Below are positions 29,498 through 42,900 of a DNA stretch of 64,000 nucleotides, piece after piece. Source of the stretch: the human T2T-CHM13v2.0 reference genome, Homo sapiens; assembly GCF_009914755.1 (NCBI RefSeq), contig NC_060935.1, one strand, 5' to 3'. Positions within the stretch are counted from its first letter, which is position 1. Each line of letters opens with the position of its first letter. Both the position numbers and the translations under genes were made by a program. The notes beneath the pieces are model-generated. The model did not search any database. It had not been told where the DNA came from and saw only the letters and a list, made by a program, of their open reading frames with translations.

Positions 29498-31707
29498 CTT
29501 TTGCCAGTGCCCAACAAAAATCACATAATCTAAGAGAAAACAATGTAGTCCAAACAGTTCCACCCAACACTCCCTGAGCAGCTCCTAAAATATTTTGAGA
29601 GCTTCATTAAGGCACCTGCATCCAAAAGATCAAAATAATACAGCTGGGATAATTCTGCCTTTGCTTTCCATATGGATGCTCCAATTCATCAGTATGGGGA
29701 CACTCATGAATCACAGAGCTATGTTCCTGATAATTCTGGGTCTGCAAGAGGATCTGGGAGTAAATAACAATCAATTTTCTTAAAGATATGCTAGAAAGTA
29801 GTTAGTACTTCCAATTTCTCATCCAAATCCCAAAAAGGGCCAGCCCTGAGAAGCTTACCTGAAATATTTCTTTCCTTCTCTCATGGAAGTCCATAAAAGC
29901 CACCCCTCCTCCTTATCCTTTCAACTGGGCAACTATAGAGTGAGGGAGATTCTAATTGTATTAGGCACTTTTCCTCACTAGTTAGATGTTGACTTTTCCT
30001 CTAAAACTCCATTTTCAGATTCCCCCTCACAACCAGCAGAAAGATGACTACCTTGCTTGACTATGTTTGTATTTAAACCTTGGGGGAACTAAAAATCTAT
30101 TCAAATCTCATGGACAACCTTATTTTCCTCACTGAACCTCCTTCCTTAGTTTCCTTTGCCTTCAAGTCATTCCTCTCTTCTGGAATTAACCTTCACTTAC
30201 CCTGTGCCAAGACATCAGACCCAAGCAAGAGGCCCTGGCATCACCTGTGCCATTCATTTTGCATACACAGTCTCACCTGACATCCTACCGGACTAATTTA
30301 AATTCTTCAAAGGAAAGCCTTGCACTTCTCTTCCAAAGACAGCCAAGTCACATTTTATTGAAATGCTCTCTTAATTTCCATCACTTCTAAAACTCAGCAA
30401 GTCTAAACTCTTCAACTTAGGTCGTGTCTCAAGTTACTTTTTCACTCACCAATCAGAAAGCCGTACACTTCTCTCTACTGAATAACAGAGTTGGCGGTGA
30501 GGGGGTGCAAAAAATGGAGGACTCTTGGAAAATAAGACATAAAAGAAAAATTACAGAGTGTTAGTTTGGAACGACATGCATTCAGGACTTATTTCTTAGG
30601 ACCTGAGGGGTAATGCCCATGCATACAGCTTTTATTCCAAGTCATCTATGCTACAGATATAGGACTAAGAAAGAACCAAGTCAATCTTCCTCCTTCGATC
30701 TCCCTTCCAGGACTTCAACAGTGCTCCTACGTTTACTGTCGTCCAAAACCAGGGATGCAAAATACATTCAGTTCAAAGACTTAATGCTTCTTAGCTCAAC
30801 ATTAAGTCCAAACCCCGAGAATCCACTGATAACAAGTAAGTAAAGGGATGTGCTAATTTTTTTTAATTGTAGATGACATTCACACACATAATTCCCCTGT
30901 ACCCAAATCAGCATTAATTGTCCTTCTTATATAAGTCCCATGAATTTGGGATCCCTGATCTCAGTGAGAGCGTTTTGCTTTTCCAATGGGGTCTATATAA
31001 ACAGTTTTCTTTCATTGTGACAGAATCCTCAGCCGGCAAATAAAAACAAACTTACATGATATTGCAATACTGAGACCACCTTAGAGCTTAAGACGATTTT
31101 TAAGAAAAAAAATACTGGCACAAAATTTAATAAAATAAATTTTAACACAACAACGGTTTTGGCCCCTCCCCACTGAAGTCCATCTTTGCTTCAAAACTAG
31201 AGTGATAGGTAAATAGTTCTCAGATTTTCAGTGCATCCCCCCCCAAAACATGTTTCATCCCACCCACCTCTTTTTTGCCCTCCCAGACCTAAAAACAGAA
31301 GCAAATTAATTGCCTTACATCAGTTTCATGAGTTCTGATGTGACAATGTCACTTGCTAATGGGTCCACAACTCAAGACACTTTTTCATGGATGATTTTTA
31401 AAAATGATTGGACACATTAGTCTCTTTCTCTGTTAAGCCAGAGCCTTCAAGCTTCTGAGAAGGCCCTTCTCCCTCTCCTGAAAATTTGCTCAAGAATTTC
31501 TGGTCCCACCCACCCCACAAGTCCTGGCTTTCCTTTCCCAACTGCGCACAATTGATTACAGCTGCAACTGACTTAGCTCCCACCCCTGAAGGTAAAAAAT
31601 GAGTTCTGGAAAATAAAAAATAGAATAACAATTCAAAATTCAGAGTCCAACCAACACGGCTGTCCTTGGAAGGTCTCAGCAGGGTTTCCCCAGCCCCTTC
31701 AGTGCCA

Positions 31708-31923
31708 TCACTCGTCGGCATCTGGCTTGACGTCCAGCATGGCGTGCAGCTCCTCAGGGGTGTACCCCAGCAGGCTCTGCAGGTCACACACAAAGCGGTA
31801 CACGTAGCGTTTCCCCGCTGTCTTGTGGATGATGTTTTTGTCGTAATAGTAGCGTAGGCCACGGCTCAGTTTCTCATAATTCATCTTAGGTTTGTTTTTC
31901 CTCTTTCCCCATCTCCTGGCCAC
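31708..31923 (-). CDS. ETS1: ETS1 last coding exon, C-terminal half of the ETS domain to the stop ([27 protein letters not shown]...DVKPDADE*)
   Basis: Acceptor aatttcag|GTG; TGA at 31708-31710; ETS signature [14 protein letters not shown]. Confidence 0.99.
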   Translation of the reverse strand: MARRWGKRKNKPKMNYEKLSRGLRYYYDKNIIHKTAGKRYVYRFVCDLQSLLGYTPEELHAMLDVKPDADE

Positions 31924-32855
31924 CTGAAATTTAAAAAGAAAAATAAAGGAGGAGTAGGCAAAAATCTACAAGACAGGCCAAATATATATGTTTCTATGCC
32001 TATGCTATACCCATTCATGGTGACCCATGATGCTCAAGTAAGATGATTTGAGATTCATGTAGATATAGAAAATATTTTTCGGGCCTATCTCCTGAATTCC
32101 ATTTTTCATGGGTTGGGCAAGGATGGGAGTCACAATGATTCTTTAAGTTGATGAAAACACAGTGACCCTGAACTAGGATTAAATATGTGACTTTAAAAAA
32201 CAAACAAAAAGCCACACTATACATTCTCCTCTTTCCGCATATTATTAGTAAAATCTCCTTGCTTTGCAAGCATGAAATCTAACAGGGAAGTGTGAAGCGG
32301 AGGAGCTGAGCTGCAATCATACCTGCCTTTCATCAACAGGAAGTGTTTTTTTTCCATACCAGGGCACAAATATTTTCTCATGTCTGCCAGAACAAAGATG
32401 TTGTCTCTCCTGTTCATTGTTTTTTATCCTCAGAATTGGGCATGGCACGGAACCACTACTCCATAAACATGTGTGTAATGAAATAAGAAACTAATGAGCC
32501 AATCTCCCAAGGCCTCTTGAACTGTCTGGCCCCTTTCACACTCACAGAGCCACCGGGCTAGGAAGAGGCTAAGTCACAGGAGGCAGCTCTATGGGTGATA
32601 ACTGACCTACTGCCAGGCACGTTAATGCCTTCTATCAGCTAATCCTGTAAGACAAATGGGGTAACACAGATCTTTTCTCTATTTTCCAAATAATGAACCT
32701 GGAGCTCAGACAGGCTACCTAGCTTGCTCCGGGTGGCAAGTGGCAGAGCTGGGAATCCCAATCCTGGAACACGTCATTCAGGCCCACGCCACCCCTTCCA
32801 GGAGTTTTCTCTCATCCTTCCTCAACACAGTACTCGCAAGCCCCTCCTTCCTTAC

Positions 32856-32974
32856 CTCATCTGGGTCAGAAAGTTTGAATTCCCAGCCATCTCCTGTCCA
32901 GCTGATAAAAGACTGACAGGATTTATCAGTGAGTAATTCCAGAAGAAACTGCCATAGCTGGATTGGTCCACTGC
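32856..32974 (-). CDS. ETS1: ETS1 exon VIII, 119 nt, N-terminal half of the ETS domain ([40 protein letters not shown])
   Basis: Acceptor gtgtttctag|GC; donor GAG|gtaagg. Confidence 0.98.
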
Positions 32975-33701
32975 CTAGAAACACAAGCCATTGTGAATCA
33001 TTACACCAGATATTCAGCACTCTACGCAGCTAATCCCCACACACGGCACTCCCACATCCCTCTTCTCTCAGCCCATCCAGCCAGGAGAAAATGAAGGCAA
33101 CAGACAGTGCACATGTCGGAGGAAGTGTTATGAGCTCGAACAGATAGAAAAGACAAAGGCCTCCCTATAAAACAAAAGCATGGAAGAAAATGTGTCAAGT
33201 GCTTTATTTTGATTAACTTAAGGATCGGTTCATTTTTATTGCTAAACAAATTCTAGAAAGAGAACACTGTGCCTATCCTCTGGGATATTCTAAGGCAGCA
33301 TAATCTTTTACACCTGCAAAAACTAAGTCATTATTTTTGCCTTCAGAAGTAAGAAACATATTAACGAAGGAATGAATGTCTTTGCCAGTTCCAAACACAA
33401 GTTATGGCTCATAAGCACTGCTCTGTAGTAGGGAGCCTGTGGCCCCTGATTTGTGAGTAAGAAGGATCACTATCCTCCGGCCCTCTTACAAGGAAATAGA
33501 TGTTAAATATCTGTTCAGTCATAATATTTCTCTCCACTGCCACCACCCTGCCCTTCCAGTCCACTTACAGGAAAGCACCCAAAGGAAAAAAAAAAAAAAG
33601 CATCATTACTATTTGAGGAATTAACGTGCCACCCAGAAAATCCTCAGGGGTCAGATGAGGACTGTCAGAAATTCTGCATAGGTTCAGTATATTCTAAATT
33701 A

Positions 33702-33702
<1 letters not shown>

Positions 33703-33746
<44 letters not shown>
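33703..33746. repeat. (AC)22 microsatellite in the intron between exons VII and VIII
   Basis: 44 nt of perfect AC repeat. Confidence 0.97.
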
Positions 33747-33748
<2 letters not shown>

Positions 33749-36700
33749 CTCTGTCTTAGCCATCAACACTCTGACAGTCAATTTATTCTATGCTAAAAGG
33801 TTTATATCACACCGATTTCCTTTGAGGATACTTTTCTCATCTGAAATGACAATGCCACCAGTGATTCTTAATTTATAGGTGTCGGTGGAGAGACAAATAG
33901 GGGTTCAAAAGTCCATGCTTCTTGTTACACTGCCCCTTATAACATAAACAAACTGGGCAGAGCGGGACTGGGAAAGACCCAGTCCATGTCTCTGGATACA
34001 GCCCAGGAAGCACCAGCTCCTACAGGAAAGCTTTGCTCACTAAGGCTCTAATTTTTCACCGGAGTTGCAAATTTGTCTGATCCAAAGTAAACTGAGATTT
34101 AACAGGAAACAAACTTTAAGTTCCCTCTCAATCTAAAAAAGAAATTGCCTTCATAATCCATAAGGGTAATGTCTTGTTGTATCTCATATTTCTACAAGAC
34201 ATTTTCACATGCATCGTTGTGCTTGCTCCTAAAATCCACACCCAACCCTCTGCTGTAAGGAGAGGCACAAGTGGTCTTACGGCTTCCTTTCTAATGGTGC
34301 AGAAAAAGTGCTCAGCAAAGTACTGTGACTTTGCTCTGAGCCACGGTTAGCGAAATGGTGGTTCTGGGTCTAGTACCCAGGCCTTTAGACTCAAAGGACC
34401 AGGGCAACCTCCAATGAAGTAAAGAAACAGCTACTGACACGAGCTATCATCCCACAGCCAAAGGAAGTCCTCCTCCAGTAACAACTTCCTAATGGTGGTT
34501 TCCAAGGCTCCTCTCAGCACTTGCCACGCTAAATATGAAAACATGAAATAGCTCTACCTCCTCTTTCTGAGAATGGACCATTAGCTCTTTAAAACTATCT
34601 TGCAAGAAATACCTTACATGTATTCCACAATAAAATGGCTCAGTGAATGCCTATAAAATAAAGTAACATTCGAACAACAGCCCAGAGGGCCGCACTGGTA
34701 AAGCCGTAGCTTCCTCTGTTTCTACTTTCATTCAATAAAAACCGTTTCGTATTCAACTCAGGGACATTTGCAGGTTTCTTGGGAGTTGCCTAAAGTCATG
34801 AGCTACTTGTTTTCTGCCTGGGCTCACAAAACTAACCGTGACATTCTCAGAGGAATCCACTGAGAAGCCATCCTAACAGGCACAAAGAAGTAAAACAGCA
34901 AATCGCTCTCAAGAAATGCAGCTGCCAGAGCCCTGGTCACAGAATAGGTTTCTTGGAGAAACTCACGATAACTATAGAGACTGAAGAGAGACATGAAGAA
35001 AACCATTCTATCCCAAAGCTATGTAAAAGAAGCCTCGGAGGAGAGGGGGTTGCCTTAGACCCTGACAGAGAAAAACTAATGAGTGCTATGCTTGACGGTG
35101 CACCTACTACGCCGCAGACACTGTGAGTGACGCTCTACACTCGTTTCCTTCATTCCTCCCAATAATTCTGTGGGGTGGATGCAACTGTTGTGCTATTTGT
35201 TTCTACCACTTCACAGCAGAGAAAACTGACACACTGCAAGGCCATTTAGATCAGCAGTGGAGTAGCCGGGACTGGAACCCATGCAGCCCATCCCCAGGTT
35301 CTTCATCTCAATGCTACGTTGCCCCTGGACAGGACCAGGCCAAAGGCCTGGCATCTAAACTGCCTGACTGAGTGCAATGTTCCAAGGGATAAGGGGACCT
35401 GACTTGAAAAACTCTCTCCCCTACTTCTCACAGCAGTTGCAGGACACGGGATAGCCAGTGGTTCTCCCAGTCATCCGACCACCAGTGGCCGTGCCAGGCC
35501 CCGCCATGGCATCCACCTCCACAGGAGATATTTCCAGCATCCTCTTGTGGTAGCCATTATGTTACATTACTTCATTGTTTCTCCTTCCCAATGTTCACCT
35601 TTGAACCTCTCTCCCACTATCTGAAAATCTCTTTGGGGCACGGGGTCTCATGACACCAAGCCGAGGAAAGGGATGGGAAGATCGAGATCCTTCCCCCGGA
35701 TGAGTCTTTGGCAGGGAGCTGTCAGCACATCTGCTGGTGCTGGAGAACAGGGCCCAGGAGCACACTGCAGTCTCCTGCCCTTGGGACTTGGCAGCCACAA
35801 TGCAGAGAAGGGACCTTCAATTCCCGTGGTTTGCACCAGCTCCCAGAGGACGAACCCTCTGACGGAATGGTTAGTTTTCCTTTTCTACCAGCGCATTTTC
35901 CAAACTGAAATGTCAAGCAGTCATAGGCTGTAGATGCCCCGCCCTGCCCTTTCTCTGTGATGTCAGCGTACGGGACCCGGTGAGTCTGGGACAGGGTGAG
36001 TACTCGTCAGAGGACTTTTGTCCTCATTGTGACTTTTCCTTTGTTCAAAAGGAATGAAAGAAAAAAAAAATTAAATTCAGGCCCTAGAAGCCCAAGTCCT
36101 AGGTGCAGGGCTCTCTAACTCTTTTTTTTTTCTGTTTACACCCAAGGAAAGAGGGAGGATAGATAGGAAAAGCAGATACCTAAAGAAATAATGGGAATAT
36201 GAATGGGAAGAAATCTCTCCCGTTGGCTTCATAATAGGACAGTCAACATAACAGAGATGTCAGTTCCTGGCTCCCTCCCCCGATTCCTGTAGAGAAACCC
36301 CACAGGCGCACTCCAGCCTAACTGGTGCACACAGGGCTCACCCTTCAGAAAGCCCACATTTTTGTACCAAGTGAGAGGAGTTCATGATGGCCGCTGAAGC
36401 GTCCCCTCTAGCACCTTTTTGCTGACTCCTAAACTGCCTTTTTGTTGTGGGGAGCAAGAGAACTAGGAAAGACATGGAAATGTTCTTCCAGCCAGAAACA
36501 CTGGGCCAGGGTGGGCGCAGTTCCTGGCTGGGCCCGTGGATGGTCTAATACAGGAGCCTGTCTCCACAGCAATGCATCACCCTCACTTCAGGTCTGGGAG
36601 GGGACTTCAGGGCCACTTGGAAACCCAAAGCTTAGAGGCAGCTCTGGGGTTGGAAGGCACACTGGCTACACAGATCCACCAGCGACACCCACATCCAGGC

Positions 36701-38084
36701 CCATCAGAAGTTCTCACACCCAAGATTGGTGCAGACAATGAATGAGTCCAGCACTCCCAGTTACGACTCTTCTAGAGGGTGTTTCTGTGTGCTTAGCGGA
36801 GGTCTGCCCAAATCCACAGGGCTCCAGGACCCCATCCCTTGCCCTTGCTCCAACATATCCTAAACTTGTAAAGCCTCTTCCTCCATTCCTCCTGCAACTC
36901 CCCCTTATCCCTGTGCCCAGCCTCTTCCACCTACCCAAATGGACTGTGGTCTCAGTGACCTTTGTCCCCTAGAGCAGAAAACGGTACTAATAATAGCGCC
37001 AGTCATGGGAAGGGGAGCTCACATGTTCAATGTGACTCATAATGGTGTCCCTGTCTGGGATCTCCAAGGCAGTCAACAGCACCCTTCACGATGCTGCCCG
37101 GGAGTGTCACACATCAGGAATCCAGTGGCATCACTGGGAAAGTATGCTTCTCAAGTCGAAGCTCTGAGCCACAACAACAGAGGGGTCCCTGTTAGAAGGA
37201 GGTCTCTTTCCAGAGCCATGCGGGCGGGAGAGCACCACACACACACTCCACACACCCATCTCCCATGGCACGGAGCCTCCACACCCCCTGCTGTCTGCTC
37301 CCTCTCCACCCTCCCTCTCAGGCGGCTGCAGGGGAATTTCCTTCTACTGCTTTGTTCTTCTCAGCCTCTGGAGAAGAGGACAGTTCTTACTACACACTGA
37401 CAGGTCTGATTTGAAGAACGTGCTACAAGCTCTGAAGAAGAAATACCAGGTGGGAACTTGGAGAGCTCCCAAGCCTACAAAGCAAATCACACCAAGGATG
37501 TTCACCCCCTAAGGGGACCCCCAAGGCTCCTCAAATCTAAGGCAACAATCTCACTTTTTAAAAAAAGTAAAGCTTCAAGTAAATTCCTGCTCATTTGGGT
37601 CATATTTCCTTGTCTGGGAGCTGCAAGGCCCACTATCTGTCTCAATGAGGAGCTGGTTATTAAAAATCCCCTGCTATTCTGGTCCCTTGCCCTGAGGCTG
37701 AGAACTGAGCAGCATAAATACATATATAGCAATGGGCTAGGACAAGGTGTTAGTAACATGCTCTTGATGGAAATCCCTTCCATTTCCCGATTTGTCAGTA
37801 TCATTCTTCTCATTTTCCAGATCTGGGAGTTGCCTGCCTGTGACAAGGACATCCTCATAGCAAGTGAACAGGGTCAGGTTGAACTTCACTTTTTCCTTCT
37901 ACTCCTTCCTCATTTCCATTTCAACCACAAGTTCTCACTCTTGTCACCTGTGCTCTGCTGAGAGGAGAACACAGGAGTTTTCTTCCAAACAGAAGGAGGT
38001 CAACGCTGGGCAGGCACCTTCCCAGGCAGTCTCCTCATATTTCCATAGTACATGGCTTACACCAAGACCACCCCATTGGTTTGG

Positions 38085-38225
38085 TCTCTGTCCATTTCTC
38101 CCATCACTAGAATATATGCTGTAAGGACAAGGACTTTGTTTTTTCACTGCTTCAACCCAAAGCCTAGCACAGTGCCTCACCAACAAACACCAACAAACAA
38201 AAAATTCTTTGCTGTTGAATGACTG
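38085..38225 (+). mobile_element. L2 3' end fragment
   Basis: cactagaatatatgctgtaaggacaaggactttg...cctagcacagtgcct...gttgaatga. Confidence 0.65.
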
Positions 38226-41200
38226 TGTCATTTGACATGTTCTCCCTGAGAACACAGACTATATCTTACTGAGCCATATATCCTCAATGCCAGGTATGAT
38301 AGCTTGTCTTCAGCAGGTACTCATTAAATATTTTCTAAATTACATTACTGAAACAAACCTCCTCTGAAGAAAGGCATATGGATTAGAAAGTCCGCTCAAA
38401 TGGCTTCTCTCTATTAAACAATATTTGGGGCCAAACAATATGGGTGACCCTCAGGCTGCATTTCATCAACGTGTTCCCAAAAATGAAAATGACTACCTGT
38501 CCTTTGGGAGTTAATTTGCTACTTTAAGAAGCTAATCCCTTTAGCTCTATTCTAAAAGTCAAATCAAATACCTCGGTGTGGGCAGGACACCACATTTATT
38601 TTAACCTATGAAACTCTCATGGTTGGTCACCCTTGCAATAGGGCTGACTCTGCCCTGATAGCACACATCTGGCAGGTGGCCCTAAAACAGAGGAACAGGC
38701 CTGCTGGCCCCTCCCTTCCAGCCAGGTGTCTCTACCCACAGCCAAACGATGATGGCAAAAACAGAACATTCGAATCCAGAAATGACCCATCTGTTCACAA
38801 GTGTATCAATCTGCCTTTCATGCTACCACAGGAGGACGCACCTCTGAGGGTGGGGTGGGTGACTCCCCAGTCCAAGCATCACCCCTTTCTGTCAACCCTC
38901 TTCTAAATCACCATTCACAAAGGCCCCTAAATCTCCTGATTTCCATTAAGTTTAAGGACAAAACAGAAAACATCCTGACAGTTTCTTGGCCTCTGGACCA
39001 AGCTCAACCTGAAGCTGCACAAAGTCTTGTTGCCTGAGGATGAATAACTCAAGAAACTGTATTGCTGGACTGACTGGCAATCAAGACCCTGAGAAAATTA
39101 TTTTAAGAAGATTAAGGGCCAGGAGTGCTTGATATTTTGGCTGAGTTCTATGTCTCTCATTTCTTCTGAGTTGTATATTTTCTTTGCCCCACCCTGACCC
39201 AATCTTATCTCATCTCTAACACACTCCATGTATAACATTCTATAACTGGCCAATACGGCCGTGGTTTAAAGACTCACTCTGTGTCAGTATATTCTATAAA
39301 CGTGTTCCTGTATCAGTGGCTAATAACTCAAGGGCAGTGATTGGGAATATAACTTCCAATAATTCAACTCAAACAACAAAGAACATTCTGACAGGTGTTT
39401 GGAAAGCATACTTGCTGAACACGATGATGAACAAACAACAACTTTATAAACTTGTATTTGTTGCTGAGATAGCCAGTATCTAACCATGAAAAAGAGTGAG
39501 AAAACAGCTCTCAAATCAGTTAAAACCAGTCTTTGACTGCCGAGTTCATGTCTCTTGCATGTTAGATCAAAAACGAAAGGAGGAGGAGTGTCAAAAAATT
39601 TAAAAATAAAAGCCATTTTACATGTCAGGCAGTGGAGTACTGAGTGATGACGGCATCCTATAAAATTAAAATATATGATGCCTGTGGGAAAGCCCCAGGT
39701 AGGGAGTTGAGGGTACGAGGCTTTGATATCAGTTCTTACCTGAATCACCATATGCAATCTTATGCAACTCATTTAATCTCTCTGGGCTTTACTTTTTCCT
39801 TCCCTAAAATGGAAATAGTAATCTCTGCTTCTCTTTAGTTTATAAAAATGTAAATTAAGTCCTTATTACAAAAATCTGCATATATACATATATATAGACA
39901 GAGAGAGAGAAAGACACTTAAAGAGGTGAACAATTTAGGAGCAACTGAATATACAATAATGGAATTACAAAGAAGAATGAAACAACAGAAAATATATTTT
40001 TAAAAACAATTTTCAGTAAAAAACAAGAAAAAAGATGCATTTAAAAAAAATTGTAAAAGCACTAGAAAAAATCTAATTAGACTTCCAAGGATTAAATTGG
40101 CCTTCGTATGGCAACTTTGAAAAAGTAGAAAGTTGGAGGTTAAGGAAAAAAAAGTTACAGTATACGAATGTAAAAATTTTTAATATTTTCAATGAGAATA
40201 AGCATTTAGGACTTTTTTAAGTTAGGGAAGACTCTGAAATCCTTGTTCCCATGTTAAAAGTGCACACGCACCAAAAGAGACAGCAGATGCAAACTGCTTT
40301 GCAAGTGAAAGTATCACAGGCATATATGGTTTAGGGAAATCTTGGCCACAGATGGACTTAGATCCTCTTTTCCCGATGCACCTTTTTCCTTAGTTATTCA
40401 TGTCCCTCACCAAGTATTCTTCACCTAAGTATTGTATAGAGCTCACCTAGAGCAAGTTCAACACCGTTCCCCACAAATGCCAATAGTTTGGGCCCAAAGA
40501 GACGGGTCCCACCAGCATTAACTGGGGTTCAAGCAGAACCTCTTGTCCAGCCATCAGGGCCCAAGACAGGCTTGACAGCAAGACCAGGTGGCTGGCAACT
40601 GGCCAGTGGAGTCCTCCCACCTGGAACAGGGTTAAGTGAGGCTTATTTGGCCAGTCTGACTTGGGTCTGAGAACAAGACAGTTACACATTTTTAGGGTAT
40701 GAGGGAAAGACCTTTGTTTTTGCTCTGGCTCTGCACACCTGCAAGTGCTCAAGTACACATGTGTGGGGGCGGCAGCAGGAGAAAGGGGACTGTTCCTCTC
40801 TTAAAGGGGCAGTCTCTATTCAAATGCAACCACCTCTTTCTTCTAAACCCATCAGTAACTCTGTCTAACACATTCAAGCTAACACTCAGACACAAACTTG
40901 GACAGTGAGCCAGTGAAGCTCAAGTCAGGAAGTGGGTTTCTTTATAGCTCTTTCCTCCTGATGTCTTCTAGGTAACCGGTTCTTTTAAGAAGTCACCAGA
41001 GATGGGTTAGGTTTGGATTTGGGGGAAGGGGATAAGAATTTTGTTATAAACCAAAGAAAAGGTTTTTCCAGCCACTATAAATGTACAAAGAAAAATCTTC
41101 CTAAGTGTGTAGGTAATGAGAAGAAAGAAAGATATGTTCACTGATCAGGGTTAGAAAACAGGACTTTAGAAGTCTGAAGATTATAGTCTTTTCTCAGTAG

Positions 41201-41799
41201 GATTCTCAACTTGCTCTCTGGAATTTATTTTATCCTAGGGGTTAAGTTTTCCCTGCATGTCAACAATGAGAGAAATCACTAGTTAGGTATAATAGAATCC
41301 TTGGAAGGTAGTTGAACTAGATCCTAAGTGATCATTTGCACACCGAATTTTGTAAGCATTTATCCAGCATATAATCTCTGAACACTCCTCAAACGTAGCC
41401 AGAGTGTGTTGAATAGCAAAACACAATATTAACAACTGCATGGAGGTAGCGGAACAAGTACTTTTTGTTTCACCATAACGTGATAAGCTGAAAGTGTCCT
41501 ACCTACGCCTTTAAAGAAAAAAAGAACAGAGAACCTAGCCTTGAGAGGCCTCCATAAGAAACTCCACCGCCTCAGCTCTGAATGTCAAACACCTCCACAG
41601 ACCTGTGCCCTGTGAGCATCTCCAACAAAGCAAGTCCCATCCTTGTTTCAGAGTTTAAACTTTCACATTCAATCACTCTAGGAGAACTTTCACTCTCATT
41701 ATCTCTCAGGGAGAGGTGAGTCATACAAAAGACAATAAAGTTTGGGGAGTTACAGTCAACAACATGCATTGAACTCAGAAGCCCATCACGGACTACTGA

Positions 41800-42288
41800 G
41801 AGTGTCGGGACACATGGTCTTGAGTCCTGCCACATGGAAAAGCTGTGCTGGTCTCAACAAGCCATGTTTACAGCTCAGGTCCCTGCAGCTGTCACACTAC
41901 CTGTTCTACTCAGTTCTCCTGCTTCAGGGAACATAATTGACTGGCTCTACCATGTCCACACCAGCACCCCTCATCCTGGGGACTGCTCCAGCCAGGGACT
42001 GAGCACAGTGAGGGCATGCAGGTCCACCCCTGTGAGACACAGAGCTCCTCCAGCAGACGACCTTGACCCAAAGATCCCCTGGGCCCAGCCAAAGTTTTCT
42101 TAGAATGGAGCTGCAGTTGAGGGCTCTTTCTACCCAAATCTCCTCCTTCCAGACCTGCAGCATGGTCTGAAGGTTCCGCTGCCTTCTCTTCGCTGCCTTT
42201 TTTTCCTTCATAGATGCTCCTTCCGTAAACATCTTGCACATCTAATCATGTCTTGGCACCTGCTTTCCGGCACACTCAAACTAACACA
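41800..42288 (+). mobile_element. Old ERVL-type solo LTR (LTR16/LTR40-like)
   Basis: 3' end taaacatcttgcacatctaatcatgtcttggcacctgctttcc...aactaacaca resembles ERVL LTR termini. Left boundary uncertain. Confidence 0.5.
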
Positions 42289-42689
42289 GTATTTTGAATA
42301 TTTTCTGACATGTGAAAACCCTGAAAGTCATCTTATTTGTTGTTTGCTGTGTAACATTGGGCTAGACCTCCTCCTCTAAAAAGAAAAAAAAAAGTCTCGA
42401 TTCCCTCATTTATACAATGGGCATAACAGAAACTTCCTCATGTGATATTTGGTGAAGGATTTAAAAAGTCAGTGTATATGAAGGAGTCTAAGCACACAGT
42501 AGGAACTTAATACATCTGGGATTGAGCTAAATAATTGAAAAGACCTAATTATTATTAAATGCCTGCTACGCCCCATGACACTGCCAGCAATTACTGCAAT
42601 TCTATAAGTAAAATGCGTTGTTCCCTGGCCTCAAGGAACTTAGAATTATACTGGAAAAATAAAAGGTTTGGAGAATACTATGGAATGTA

Positions 42690-42900
42690 GGTGACAGCTA
42701 GCACTTAGAGCCTAGCTTCCTGTATACCCAGCACTGCTCCAAGTGCTCTCCATAAACTAATTCATTAGTTCTCACAACAAGCCTATGGTATAGAAACTAT
42801 TATTACTGCCATTTGCAGATGAGAAAACAGATACAGAGATGTTAGCTTGCCAAAGGTTACACAGCTGCTCACTGGCAGGGCCTGACTCCATGCTCTCAAT
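42690..42900 (-). mobile_element. MIR SINE
   Basis: ctcacaacaagcctatgg...ccatttgcagatgagaaaacagatacagagatgttagcttgccaaaggttacacagct. Confidence 0.75.

Larger units (their letters stand above)
28108..31707 (-). other. ETS1: ETS1 long 3'UTR (~3.6 kb)
   Basis: No recognisable TEs, AU-rich, many miRNA seed matches, ends just after an ATTAAA. The exact cleavage site is approximate. Confidence 0.88.

Noticed and set aside
31699-31710. Stop-codon readthrough extension of ETS1
   Set aside because: The context is TGA TGG CAC TGA: no CUAG readthrough motif and a second stop within three codons.
31398-31862. 154-aa alternative-frame ORF overlapping the last ETS1 exon
   Set aside because: No ATG start. 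That frame is closed by a TGA earlier in the exon, and skipping exon VIII enters a different frame that stops quickly. It is reachable only by frameshift mutation.
32336-32345. Perfect ETS motif ACAGGAAGTG in the last intron (possible autoregulation)
   Set aside because: A single short motif without supporting cluster evidence; plausible by chance in 64 kb.
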